Assembly (NCBI GenBank): GCA_937996685.1
Contig: CALKUP010000002.1
Span: forward strand, 113,066 to 177,065
Reading direction: 5' to 3'
From: an uncultured bacterium
GTDB taxonomy: Bacteria > Patescibacteriota > Patescibacteriia > UBA9570 > XYC2-FULL-38-9
DNA length: 64,000 bases
Shown here: one piece after another, positions 9,123-18,790 of the stretch
How positions within the stretch are numbered: position 1 is the first letter of the stretch
Layout of the letters: every line of letters begins with the position of its first letter
Position numbers and translations under genes: made by a program
Notes under the pieces: generated by a model
The model's database searches: none
What the model saw: the letters and a program-made list of their open reading frames with translations, nothing else
What the model was told of the DNA's origin: nothing

Positions 9123-10823
9123 ATGAATCGTTTTGGCCTCTATTCTGAACCTGAAGTTATCGCTCTATTGGAAAAAGGGAATTATATTTCTGAATCCGAT
9201 CGTCTTGCGGCAACAAAAAAAGAAGAAGCGCAACCAGGCGGTGGTATTGATTTTTTAATTAACACAGAGTCGATTACATTTGATTTGATCGGTCAGGCAA
9301 TTGCTGAGAGTCTTGGTGTTGCATATGCGGATATCAATTCACGCAAACCGGCGCGTGACACAATGTTGCTGCTTCCAGAGGCAATGTCTCTTGAGTCACG
9401 TCTTGTGGTATACCGTGTGCAAGACAATGCGGTTGTGATCGCGACAGATGATGTGGTGGCGACAAAAAAAGCAGCAAAAAATATTGAGGCTGCGCTCGGC
9501 GGAAAAGCAGCAGTGTTTGCCTATGCCTTGCCGCAAGATATTTCCGAAGCACTGACTGTATTTCGGAAAGCGCTAGAAACACGTTTTTCTGCAATCATTG
9601 AAAAAACAAAACGTGTAGCACCAGAAATTATTACAGAGATTATCAATGACGCATTGATTTATCGCTCGTCTGATATTCACTTCGAGCCTCAAATGGATGA
9701 AGTAATTATTCGTTTCCGTATTGATGGTGTTTTGGAAGAAGCAGGCCGCGTGCCGATGGGGTATTACAGTACGATTGTGAATCGTGTGAAAGTGCAAGCG
9801 CGATTGCGGATTGACGAACATTTTGCAGCGCAAGACGGTGCAATTCGGTATGAACAAAACGGAGTCGTGACAGACATGCGTGTGTCGATTGTTCCGACGG
9901 TGAATGGAGAAAAAATTGTATTACGTTTATTGTCAGAAACAGCGCGTAATTTTACATTGGAAGATATTGGACTTGATTCTGCACATGAAGCGCAATTAAA
10001 AGAATCGTTTGCAAAACCGTTTGGGATGATTCTGGTCACTGGCCCAACAGGAAGTGGTAAAACAACAACGCTCTACACAGTGATTAAGGCGTTGAATACT
10101 CCGGATATTAATATTACAACCATCGAAGATCCGGTTGAATATAAAATTGCTGGCATCAATCAAATCCAAGTCAACGCAGAAACAAATATGACATTTGCAA
10201 AAGGCTTGCGTTCGATTGTGCGTCAAGATCCTGATGTGATTCTCGTTGGGGAAATTCGAGATACAGAAACAGCTGAAATTGCTGTGAACGCAGCATTGAC
10301 TGGTCATTTATTGTTGTCGACATTTCATGCAAACGATGCCGCGACAGCAATGCCGCGCTTGATTGATATGGGCATTGAGCCGTTTTTGCTCGCTTCAACA
10401 TTGGAAACGGTATTAGCGCAACGTTTAGTCCGTCGTATCTGTACAGAATGTCGGGTGAGTGTTGTTGTGACAAGCACAGAATTAAAAAAGGCCTACCCGG
10501 ATAGTTATGGTTTTTTTCCTGGAGCAAAAACGACGCTTTATAAAGGGAAGGGGTGCGCGGCGTGTCATGACAGTGGATACCGAGGACGTGTTGCGATTAT
10601 GGAGATGATTCAGATAACGCCAGAAATGGAAGCGTTGTTATTACAGCGACCATCGAGTCAAGAGATTTGGACGCTCGCTAGCAAGCAGGGAAGTGTGTCG
10701 TTATTTGAAGATGGTATTGCAAAAGTAAAATCTGGAATGACAACTCTTGGTGAAGTATATCGTGTTGCAAATCCGCCGGCGACAACAACAGCAGCGGTAA
10801 TGACGCGTAAAAAATCACGATAA
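9123..10823 (+). CDS. pilB: Type IV pilus assembly ATPase PilB/GspE
   Basis: SDIHFEP, GPTGSGKTTT, EDPVE, RQDPDVILVGEIRD, TGHL, two CxxC zinc pairs. Confidence 0.95.
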   Translation: MNRFGLYSEPEVIALLEKGNYISESDRLAATKKEEAQPGGGIDFLINTESITFDLIGQAIAESLGVAYADINSRKPARDTMLLLPEAMSLESRLVVYRVQDNAVVIATDDVVATKKAAKNIEAALGGKAAVFAYALPQDISEALTVFRKALETRFSAIIEKTKRVAPEIITEIINDALIYRSSDIHFEPQMDEVIIRFRIDGVLEEAGRVPMGYYSTIVNRVKVQARLRIDEHFAAQDGAIRYEQNGVVTDMRVSIVPTVNGEKIVLRLLSETARNFTLEDIGLDSAHEAQLKESFAKPFGMILVTGPTGSGKTTTLYTVIKALNTPDINITTIEDPVEYKIAGINQIQVNAETNMTFAKGLRSIVRQDPDVILVGEIRDTETAEIAVNAALTGHLLLSTFHANDAATAMPRLIDMGIEPFLLASTLETVLAQRLVRRICTECRVSVVVTSTELKKAYPDSYGFFPGAKTTLYKGKGCAACHDSGYRGRVAIMEMIQITPEMEALLLQRPSSQEIWTLASKQGSVSLFEDGIAKVKSGMTTLGEVYRVANPPATTTAAVMTRKKSR

Positions 10824-11959
10824 TGACACAGCATTTTTCTCGAGAACGAACGGCCTTGCAGCGCTTCATGCGCTCGCTTGGTTTGAGTTTTTTGCGGTTG
10901 AATGTTTCTCGTGAACGCAAGCAATATATCATGGACAATATTGGCATTCAGTTATCATCTGGTCTTGATGTGTTGCAGGCAATTGAGGCGGTTGAAAAAG
11001 ATGCACAGTCTTGGGCGCTCGCTCGAATATTACGCATGATTGCGGAGGATGTGTTGTCTGGTGTGCCGTTTTGGCAAGCTCTTGGTGATACGCATTTATT
11101 TTCAATGCATATCGTTTCGCTGATTCGGATCGGTGAAGAGTCCGGAAAGCTCGCAGAAAATATTGCAGTGATCGCAAGCGAGCAAGATAAAGAACGTGTG
11201 TTTCAATCACGGATTCGCAGCGCATTGTTATACCCGGTATTTGTATTGAGTTTAACCGTGGTGATTGCAGTTGGTATCGCGTGGTTTATTTTGCCAAATA
11301 TTATTACGGTGTTTAAACAGATGGATATTGCCTTGCCGTTGCCGACACGAATCTTAATGGTTGTGGGGCGATTTTTCCGTGATTACGGCCACATTGCGGC
11401 GCCGTCTATTGTATTCGGCACAGTTGCTTTTGTGTATGGTGTGTTTTTTCACCCGCAAACAAAATTTATTGGACAGTGGTTATTGTTCCGAGTCCCAGGG
11501 ATTCGCCGGATCATGCAACAGCTCGAACTCGCACGCATGGGGTATGTTTTAGGCAATTTATTAGAAGCGGGACTCCCAATCGTTGAAGCCATTGAGTCAC
11601 TGGCCGATGCAACAGCCCTTCGAAGTTATAAAAAGTTTTATCAAGGATTGGCTCGTCGGATTGAAGACGGTGATTCATTTGCCGTTATTTTTGATTCGCA
11701 AAAACGCATTCGCCATCTTGTTCCGGTATCTATCCAGCAAATTATTACAACCGGTGAACAAACAGGTCATTTGCCAAAAAGTCTGAAAAAAATTGGAGAA
11801 ATCTATGAAGGCAAAACAGAAACATCGACAAAAAATATTGCAGTGATTCTCGAACCAATTTTATTAGTCATTGTCTGGGTTGGTGTTGTAACGGTTGCGT
11901 TGTCAGTTGTGCTTCCGATTTATAGTTTAATTGGTGGTTTAAATTCAGGTTCGTTGTAG
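10823..11959 (+). CDS. pilC: Type IV pilus platform protein PilC/GspF
   Basis: GEESGKL, ALLYP, GEQTGHL, LEP duplicated T2SSF domains. Confidence 0.93.
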   Translation: MTQHFSRERTALQRFMRSLGLSFLRLNVSRERKQYIMDNIGIQLSSGLDVLQAIEAVEKDAQSWALARILRMIAEDVLSGVPFWQALGDTHLFSMHIVSLIRIGEESGKLAENIAVIASEQDKERVFQSRIRSALLYPVFVLSLTVVIAVGIAWFILPNIITVFKQMDIALPLPTRILMVVGRFFRDYGHIAAPSIVFGTVAFVYGVFFHPQTKFIGQWLLFRVPGIRRIMQQLELARMGYVLGNLLEAGLPIVEAIESLADATALRSYKKFYQGLARRIEDGDSFAVIFDSQKRIRHLVPVSIQQIITTGEQTGHLPKSLKKIGEIYEGKTETSTKNIAVILEPILLVIVWVGVVTVALSVVLPIYSLIGGLNSGSL

Positions 11960-11962
11960 TGT

Positions 11963-12406
11963 ATGAAAGGGTTTGCAGAAGACGGATTTTCTCTTTTGGA
12001 GCTGTTGTTGTCCATTGCGTTAATTGGTATTTTGCTCGCGGCATCATTTCCGGTGTATCAGCAAGTGCAAAATAAAAATGCTGCAATGCTTGCCGCAAAC
12101 ACCATTGAACAAACAGTGCATCGGGCGACGTTGCTTGCGCGTTCAGGTGCGCAAGACAGCGCGTGGGGCGTGAAGGTTGCGTCCGGAAGTGTCACGTTAT
12201 TTTCAGGTGATTCTTATGCGGCTCGTGATACTGCATTTGATGAGGTGTTTACATTTTCGACAACAGTGCAATTCAGCACCACGCCTGAAATGGTATTTGC
12301 AAAACAGACTGGTGTGCAACCCGCTGATCAAACAATCGGGGTGTCGAGTCACGGTGAATCCGTAGTGACGCTCACTATTTTGACTAGTGGCGTTGTGAAT
12401 CGATAA
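11963..12406 (+). CDS. Minor pilin (FimT/GspH-like)
   Basis: Class III signal G|FSLLELL. Confidence 0.85.
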   Translation: MKGFAEDGFSLLELLLSIALIGILLAASFPVYQQVQNKNAAMLAANTIEQTVHRATLLARSGAQDSAWGVKVASGSVTLFSGDSYAARDTAFDEVFTFSTTVQFSTTPEMVFAKQTGVQPADQTIGVSSHGESVVTLTILTSGVVNR

Positions 12407-12410
12407 TCCT

Positions 12411-15400
12411 ATGAAGCAATTACAGATTTTTCAGTTATGGCATAGACGCAACATTCGTGGCTTTTCAATTGTTGAAGCAATGCTGGCAGTGGCGGTGTTT
12501 GGGATTATTGTATCTGGAACCGTCGGCGCTTTGGTATACGCAAGTCAGGGCGGCGGTGATTCTGGTGTCCGTGTGCGCGCGAATTTTTTTGCAGCAGAAG
12601 GTATCACAGCAGTGCGCTCTATTGCTGGACATCAGTGGTATGACATTCAAAGTGCGGCAACTGGGCCGCATGGATTAGTGGTGACGGGAAATGTGTGGAC
12701 TCTCTCTGGATCGTCGGATACACGTGATCAATTTACCCGCACAGTCACATTTACAGATATCTGTCGGAATGCAACGAATGATTTTGAAACGTGCAACGGG
12801 ACAAATCGTGATACCCGAACACGAGAAGTTGCAGTCACTGTTCAATGGACTGGGCAATTTGGGAATGCGCGAACTGTCACACAAACAGCACGCTTAACAA
12901 ACTGGGGAACGGACATGTGGAAGCAGACTGATTGGTCAGGTGGAGATGGTCAAGCGACGTGGTCTGCGGAAGATCAATATGATAGTCACACTGATGATAT
13001 TGATGTTACAACAGCGGGAGAGGTGACAGCGACCGGCGCTCAGCAAGGCTGTGGAATAAAAACATATCCGCTCACAACTCCAGCGGATTACACTGCGTCA
13101 GGGGCTGAACTCACGCTGAATTCTGGAACCGCCTTTTTAACATCATCAGGCACCGACGTTGATGCAAACACAAAAGGTTTGTGGCATTTGAATGATGCTT
13201 CGGGCACAGCGAAAGATGTTTCTGGAAATAATAATAATCTGACAGCAGCGGGTAATGCGGCGTATGGTGCAGCGGCAAAGTTTGCGACGGGTGTGACATC
13301 TGACGGTTCAGGTGATCTTTTGGCTGTGACTGATGCTGCGCAGTCTGGTCTTGATATTACGGGTGCTATCACGTTGGAAGCATGGATTAAACAGGGTGCA
13401 ACGGGAACTGGAACAGATGTCATTATGGAAAAAAATGGTGGAACGGCGGCAACGGGTTCATATCAGTTGTATATGGTCAGCTCTGGCGCCTTGAACACAA
13501 CGCTGAATTTCCGCGTGAGTAACGGAACGAGTTTCACGACTGTGACTTCAGCTGCGTTTGCGATCAACACAAGTACATGGCGACATGTTGCGGCGGTGTA
13601 TAATGGTACATCAACGCTGACGATTTATCTCGATGGCGTATCTGTCGGAACAGCGGCATTTAGTTCGACGATTTTGAATAGCGCGGCAGATTTTCGTATT
13701 AGCTCTACAGGCACAAGCTCGTTTAATGGGATGATTGATGAGGTGCGTGTTTCAAACAGTGCGCGATATGCAGGAAATTTTGCAGTTCCAACAACGCCAT
13801 TTGGATTGAATTATTCGACTACAAAACCAACAGTTGCTCCAGCAGTGGAATACGATCCGGCAACGATTGGGCGGTGGCAGGCATTTTCTGAAACAGCCAC
13901 AAAAACGCGTGATGCAGAAATTTATTATCAGTTGTCTGACGATAGCGGAGCGACCTGGAAATGGTGGAACGGATCTGCGTGGGCAACAGCAAGTAGTGGC
14001 ACAGACTACAATACTGCAACGACAATCAATACAAATATCACGACATTTTCAACAACTGCCGGGAAATTGAATTGGCGAGCCTTTTTTGTGAGCAATGGTT
14101 CAGATCCAGCGGTGCTTGATTCTGTGTCGTTGACCTGCGTGATGTTGCAACAATGGAATTACGACACAAGCGGGGATTACGCCGCAGACAGCGGCGTGGC
14201 AGTGAGTAGCGGCGCGGCGGCGCTGACGTCAACAGGAACGGACGCTGATGCAAATACGGTTGCGTTGTGGCACATGAATGAAGCGACGAGTGGAGCGGTC
14301 CTACAAGATTACACCGCAAACAACAATGATTTGACGCCTGTAGGAACAACGAATATTACCTGGAATACGACTGGTAATTTTAATGGCGCAGTGCAATTTG
14401 GCGCAACGGGTGATTACTTTCAATTAGCCGGCGCCGCACAAACCGGAATGGCTCCGTCTGGTTCGTTTACCATTGATGGTTGGATTAAAAAGTCCACCAA
14501 TAGTGCGGACGATCTATTTCAACGTTGGGGAACAGGTCTTTCAACGCGGTCATATAAACTGTCGATTAACACGACTGGAAATCTGGTATTTCAAACAGGG
14601 GACGGTGTGACGAATACATCGCTCACATCAGCGACAACTGTGACGACTGGTAGTTGGGTGCATGTCGCAGGGCAGTTTACGCAAAACAGCGCAACGACTG
14701 GAACAATGACAATCTGGATTAATGGCGTACAGCGTGGAAGTATATCAACAACCTATGGTTCAGTGGTGAGTGCGTCGCAGGCAGTGCTTTTGAGTAATAC
14801 AAGTGCATCGGCGTTTGGTGGTGTGGTTGATGAGTTCCGTTTTTCAAATATAGCGCGTTACTCAACGACCTTTACTCCGCAGATTGTGCCATTTGGAAAA
14901 GTGTATCCAACAAACTCTCCGACCATTCGCAATGTGGCTGCATTCTCAGCGACCGATCCTGTTGCGTGGTATGGTATGACGAGTACACAAACAACATTCA
15001 ATGAAAGCGCGGTGAATTATCAGGTCAGCAACGATGGTGTTACTTGGAAGTATTGGAATGGCTCAGCATGGGCAACGGCGAGTAGTGCCACGCACTATAA
15101 TCCTATCGCGACAATCAATACGAATATTGCAACATTTCCACTCACAGGCAACTCCCTCTATTTCAAGGCTTTTTTGGTAAGCTCTGGCTCTGACGTTGTT
15201 TCGATTGATCGGACAGAAGCGATGTATGTACAAAACCCTGATGCGAGTGGAAGTGGTGGCGGTGGCGGATCTGGAACGTTGACCTCATCGGCGTTTAACC
15301 TCGGACGCGCGACAACAATTACACGTGTTGAATGGGATGAAGACGACACGCCATGTGCTGCTGACTGTGTGATTCGAGCCCAAGTGCGGACAGCGCCAGA

Positions 15401-15596
15401 CAATGGTGGGTCGCCGGGAACCTGGACCGCGTGGTATGGTGCATCTGGAGCGGGAACCTATTTTACAGACGGTGATTATTCAACACCTCCAGATCAAGTG
15501 CAGAATAATCGTTGGGTGCAATACAAATTAGACCTCAATGGAACAGGTGGCGGAACGCCAGTCGTGCGAGAATTCAGAATATATTATGATAAATAA
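12411..15596 (+). CDS. Giant minor pilin (PilV/GspI position) with two LamG/ConA-like domains; putative tip adhesin
   Basis: G|FSIVEA N-terminus; two copies of W(H)(L/M)N..., T(L/I)(E/D)(A/G)WIK, W-x-HVA, G-x-(I/V)DE-x-R-x-SN. Confidence 0.85.
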   Translation: MKQLQIFQLWHRRNIRGFSIVEAMLAVAVFGIIVSGTVGALVYASQGGGDSGVRVRANFFAAEGITAVRSIAGHQWYDIQSAATGPHGLVVTGNVWTLSGSSDTRDQFTRTVTFTDICRNATNDFETCNGTNRDTRTREVAVTVQWTGQFGNARTVTQTARLTNWGTDMWKQTDWSGGDGQATWSAEDQYDSHTDDIDVTTAGEVTATGAQQGCGIKTYPLTTPADYTASGAELTLNSGTAFLTSSGTDVDANTKGLWHLNDASGTAKDVSGNNNNLTAAGNAAYGAAAKFATGVTSDGSGDLLAVTDAAQSGLDITGAITLEAWIKQGATGTGTDVIMEKNGGTAATGSYQLYMVSSGALNTTLNFRVSNGTSFTTVTSAAFAINTSTWRHVAAVYNGTSTLTIYLDGVSVGTAAFSSTILNSAADFRISSTGTSSFNGMIDEVRVSNSARYAGNFAVPTTPFGLNYSTTKPTVAPAVEYDPATIGRWQAFSETATKTRDAEIYYQLSDDSGATWKWWNGSAWATASSGTDYNTATTINTNITTFSTTAGKLNWRAFFVSNGSDPAVLDSVSLTCVMLQQWNYDTSGDYAADSGVAVSSGAAALTSTGTDADANTVALWHMNEATSGAVLQDYTANNNDLTPVGTTNITWNTTGNFNGAVQFGATGDYFQLAGAAQTGMAPSGSFTIDGWIKKSTNSADDLFQRWGTGLSTRSYKLSINTTGNLVFQTGDGVTNTSLTSATTVTTGSWVHVAGQFTQNSATTGTMTIWINGVQRGSISTTYGSVVSASQAVLLSNTSASAFGGVVDEFRFSNIARYSTTFTPQIVPFGKVYPTNSPTIRNVAAFSATDPVAWYGMTSTQTTFNESAVNYQVSNDGVTWKYWNGSAWATASSATHYNPIATINTNIATFPLTGNSLYFKAFLVSSGSDVVSIDRTEAMYVQNPDASGSGGGGGSGTLTSSAFNLGRATTITRVEWDEDDTPCAADCVIRAQVRTAPDNGGSPGTWTAWYGASGAGTYFTDGDYSTPPDQVQNNRWVQYKLDLNGTGGGTPVVREFRIYYDK

Positions 15597-15597
15597 G

Positions 15598-16110
15598 ATG
15601 AAGCACTCACAAGCCGGATTTACATTGATTGAATTACTGCTGTACGCTGGTATTGTTGCAATTATGACAACCGCGATTTCGGGCTTGCTTGCGCTGTCTC
15701 TTCAGGCGCGCGTCAAAAATCAAGTGGTGGAGTCAGTTGAAAGTGGCTCGACGATCGCAATGGACAGCATGCTTGCGGCAATTCGTAATAGCGACGGCGT
15801 GACACTGACAACAGATGGTAATGGTGATGCGATTGTGACGCTTGCAGAAACAGTTGCTGGAGTACATCCAACCGTCTTTCAATTGAGTGCTGGAGTCTTA
15901 ACAAAAAAAGAAGGAAGTAGCGCAGCAGTGCCGGTGACGTCTTCGAATATTGTCATTGATCATTTCACGGCAACAGACACAACGCCGAGCGGTGAAACAA
16001 TGCAAGTCATTTCTCTTGGATTTGATGTGCGTTATAATAATCAAAGTCCGCGTCAGGAATATCAGTATGCTGCAACGTATAATGGCACAGCGCAACTCAA
16101 CACACCGTAG
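15598..16110 (+). CDS. Minor pilin (PilW/GspJ-like)
   Basis: G|FTLIELL; ATG 15598 preferred (15586 alternative). Confidence 0.85.
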   Translation: MKHSQAGFTLIELLLYAGIVAIMTTAISGLLALSLQARVKNQVVESVESGSTIAMDSMLAAIRNSDGVTLTTDGNGDAIVTLAETVAGVHPTVFQLSAGVLTKKEGSSAAVPVTSSNIVIDHFTATDTTPSGETMQVISLGFDVRYNNQSPRQEYQYAATYNGTAQLNTP

Positions 16111-16114
16111 TAGT

Positions 16115-16540
16115 ATGAACTATTTTCTTACACAATTAAGATATAGAGAATCCCAATCCGGTTACGTCTTGTTGCTCTCCGTTGTGATTATTGGAGTTGT
16201 TGCAAGTAGTATTGCCGCAACTATTTTGTTACTTGGGATTGGCACACAGCGGACGTCGCTCGCAGTGCAAGAAGGTCAGGCGGCGCGACATTTAGCTGAT
16301 AGTTGTGCTCAAGAAGTAATTGAGCGGCTTATTCAAAATACCGCCTATACTGGGAGTGAAACACTGACATTTAACGGTGAGAGTTGTGCGGTCGGGCCTG
16401 TGACAGGTTCAGGAGACGCAAATCGCGTTATCCATGTCACTGGGGTGTCAGGAGATGCAACCGCGCGCGTGGCTGTTACGGTGACAACAGTCGGTCCACC
16501 GGTGGTTATTGGTTCATGGCAAGAAGTTGCAGGCTTTTAG
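16115..16540 (+). CDS. Minor pilin lacking Glu5 (PilX/GspK-like)
   Basis: G|YVLLL hydrophobic helix, A-x-x-LADSC, C-terminal WQE; start moved to ATG 16115. Confidence 0.8.
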   Translation: MNYFLTQLRYRESQSGYVLLLSVVIIGVVASSIAATILLLGIGTQRTSLAVQEGQAARHLADSCAQEVIERLIQNTAYTGSETLTFNGESCAVGPVTGSGDANRVIHVTGVSGDATARVAVTVTTVGPPVVIGSWQEVAGF

Positions 16541-16569
16541 TTGCGCCTTTGCTTGGATTTTGGTATATT
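16541..16569 (+). promoter_or_regulatory. Major pilin promoter TTGCGC-17-(TGG)TATATT
   Basis: -35 at 16541-16546, extended -10 at 16561-16569. Confidence 0.6.
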
Positions 16570-16602
16570 GCCAATAATGTGTATTAATAAAATGATTTTT
16601 GT

Positions 16603-17046
16603 ATGAGGAAACAGAACCAAGGTTTTACATTATTAGAAATTTTGCTTGTTATCGCAGCGATCGGCATTTTGGCTGGTATTGTGATTGTTGCGATTAACCC
16701 AACAAAGCAACTCGCTGATGCGCGGAATGCGGCTCGTAAGTCAGCAGTCAATACTGTGCTGAACGCTGTATATCAATATGCAGTTGATAATGACGGTGCT
16801 CTGCCAGGAAGTATTCCAGAAACAGCGACAGAAATTTGTGCAACCGGCGCTGGAAGTTGTACAGGATTGGTGAATTTGTCTGCATTGACGACAAATGAAC
16901 GATATTTAACAGCAATCCCAGAAGATCCAAGTGGAACATGTGCGGCAAACGGTGCGTGTTATGAAATTCTGCAATCTGCAAACGGCCGTGTAACAGTCTC
17001 TGCTCCGGATGCTGAAAACGGTGCTGATATTTCAGTGACTCGTTAA
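16603..17046 (+). CDS. Probable major type IV pilin
   Basis: G|FTLLEIL, INP..QLADARNAAR, two Cys pairs, IPEDP; has its own promoter and terminator. Confidence 0.88.
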   Translation: MRKQNQGFTLLEILLVIAAIGILAGIVIVAINPTKQLADARNAARKSAVNTVLNAVYQYAVDNDGALPGSIPETATEICATGAGSCTGLVNLSALTTNERYLTAIPEDPSGTCAANGACYEILQSANGRVTVSAPDAENGADISVTR

Positions 17047-17073
17047 GAAGCGGGTCTTAAGGCTTAAAGCTTG

Positions 17074-17105
17074 AAAAAAAATGCTACTTCGTGTAGCGTT
17101 TTTTT
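17074..17105. terminator. Bidirectional terminator after major pilin
   Basis: A-run-ATGCTAC-TTCGT-GTAGCGT-T-run. Confidence 0.75.
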
Positions 17106-17144
17106 ATTGCGCAATTCCGCGCCTGCTCATTAATGGAGGCTATC

Positions 17145-17573
17145 ATGGCTCGTATTCTTCAGGAAACGCCGTTCCGCCCTCGCATTGAGAATCCTGCCGC
17201 ACAACTGAACCGAGAGTTGATTGATTTTCAACTCAGTCTGATTGAGGTCGCGCAGGCCGCGGTTCAAAGGAATGCGGCCACTTCCTTTGAAATATTTACA
17301 ACTGGCTTGTGGACGAGCGCTCTCGAGCGCTTTGACATGTTGTTGTTTCGGATCAACGGGCTCCCGAGCAATGACAGTACCTTGCGGGGCGTAGAGGGTC
17401 AGATTGATGCAATTGCTGCGCTGCAACGTCGGATTGAACCGTACAAGAAAAGACACCGCGGTCAAGGGTACGGATTCTTGTGGCATCGACTTGAAGAAGC
17501 CCGGTTGGCTGCTCAGGCGATTGTCGCGGAATATCAGCGCTGGGAAAAAGCCAAGCCCCCGTGGCTCAAATAA
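17145..17573 (+). CDS. Orphan helical hypothetical protein
   Basis: GGAGG at 17135-17139 then ATG 17145; followed by hairpin 17576-17605; no recognisable motif. Confidence 0.65.
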   Translation: MARILQETPFRPRIENPAAQLNRELIDFQLSLIEVAQAAVQRNAATSFEIFTTGLWTSALERFDMLLFRINGLPSNDSTLRGVEGQIDAIAALQRRIEPYKKRHRGQGYGFLWHRLEEARLAAQAIVAEYQRWEKAKPPWLK

Positions 17574-17628
17574 ATTCTTACTGCTACAGACGGTGGCAGC
17601 AAGAGAGGGGGAACTTTTTTTATTTTAG

Positions 17629-17637
17629 TGGTATACT
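17629..17637 (+). promoter_or_regulatory. Extended -10 TGG-TATACT, 6 nt before nrdR ATG
   Basis: Exact motif; ATG 17644. Confidence 0.7.
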
Positions 17638-17643
17638 GTTCAT

Positions 17644-18117
17644 ATGAAGTGTCCAAGTTGCCAAAAACCTGATACTCGTGTGATTGACACACGAATGATT
17701 GAAGACGGAAGTTCCATTCGCCGCCGCCGCCAATGTGAGTTTTGTCATTTTCGTTTTACAACAGCTGAAGAGATTGAAATTTTAACACTCCACGTGATGA
17801 AGTCTGATGGGAGACGAGAAGCGTATGATCGCGAAAAGTTGCTCTATAGCATGAAGCTCCCATTGAGTAAACGACCGATTACAGCCGCGCAAATTAAAAA
17901 AACATTTCATCAGATTGAACAAGAAGTGCAATCACAAGCCAAACACGACAGCATCACAACGGCAAAGATTGGAGACATTGTTACAAAGTATTTGAAAAAA
18001 TTGGATAAAGTTGCATATATCCGGTATGCTTCTGTGTATCATGCCTTTGATGATTTACACGCCTTTGTCGAAGAGGTGGAAAAAATTTCTCGTAAGAAAA
18101 AAGCTAAGAAAAAATAA
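17644..18117 (+). CDS. nrdR: Transcriptional repressor NrdR
   Basis: MKCPSC..TRVIDTR..IRRRRQCEFCHFRFTT; ATP cone; AYIRYASVY. Confidence 0.97.
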   Translation: MKCPSCQKPDTRVIDTRMIEDGSSIRRRRQCEFCHFRFTTAEEIEILTLHVMKSDGRREAYDREKLLYSMKLPLSKRPITAAQIKKTFHQIEQEVQSQAKHDSITTAKIGDIVTKYLKKLDKVAYIRYASVYHAFDDLHAFVEEVEKISRKKKAKKK

Positions 18118-18119
18118 CT

Positions 18120-18692
18120 ATGCAATGGCATAAGCGTCCCAAAAAAGAATTTAACCCAAAAAAGCGTTTAGGAAAAATTCATGTCTACACAGGTGACGGA
18201 AAGGGCAAGACCTCTGCTGCGCTTGGTGTATTGCTGCGTGCAAGTGGACACAATATGAAGGTGTCGATGGTGCAATTATTTAAAGGCCATAAAGATGCTG
18301 GGGATTTACTCGCACACCAACTCCTTGGTTCAAATATTGAAATTTTGCAATTTGGAACAACAGAGCGCGTTGATCTAGAAAACCCAACAGCAATGGATCA
18401 ATATATTGCCACCCGCGCACTTGATCACGCGCGCGATATCATGCAATCAAATCGACCAGATATTTTGATTTTAGATGAATTTAATCCAGCACTCTTTCAT
18501 GGGATTGTTGATATATCTGAATTTTTAGATTTCCTTGATCATAAGCATCAAAATACAGAAATTATTATTACTGGCCATAATGCGCCGCCAGAGATTCTCA
18601 ATGCAGCTGATATTGTGACAGTGATGCGACAAACAAAAGGCGCGGTTGATGATTGGGATCTGTTTGAGCCTCGTTCGGGCGTTGAATTTTAG
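18120..18692 (+). CDS. cobO: Cob(I)alamin adenosyltransferase, CobO/BtuR family
   Basis: HVYTGDGKGKTSAALG P-loop, ILDE, IITG..AP..ADIVT, C-terminal GVEF. Confidence 0.92.
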   Translation: MQWHKRPKKEFNPKKRLGKIHVYTGDGKGKTSAALGVLLRASGHNMKVSMVQLFKGHKDAGDLLAHQLLGSNIEILQFGTTERVDLENPTAMDQYIATRALDHARDIMQSNRPDILILDEFNPALFHGIVDISEFLDFLDHKHQNTEIIITGHNAPPEILNAADIVTVMRQTKGAVDDWDLFEPRSGVEF

Positions 18693-18790
18693 CGAACGGG
18701 ACTGCAAAAAATTGCTGTTTCGACGTTTTTTGACGGAACGTTTTTTTTGCTTTATTCTGAATCAAGTATTCACTATTGTAACGATATTCT

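Noticed and set aside
18693-18790. Cobalamin riboswitch or NrdR boxes upstream of nrdJ
   Set aside because: No B12-box/GGGAA elements and no convincing acaCwAtATaTwGtg match; only a weak hairpin at 18704-18750
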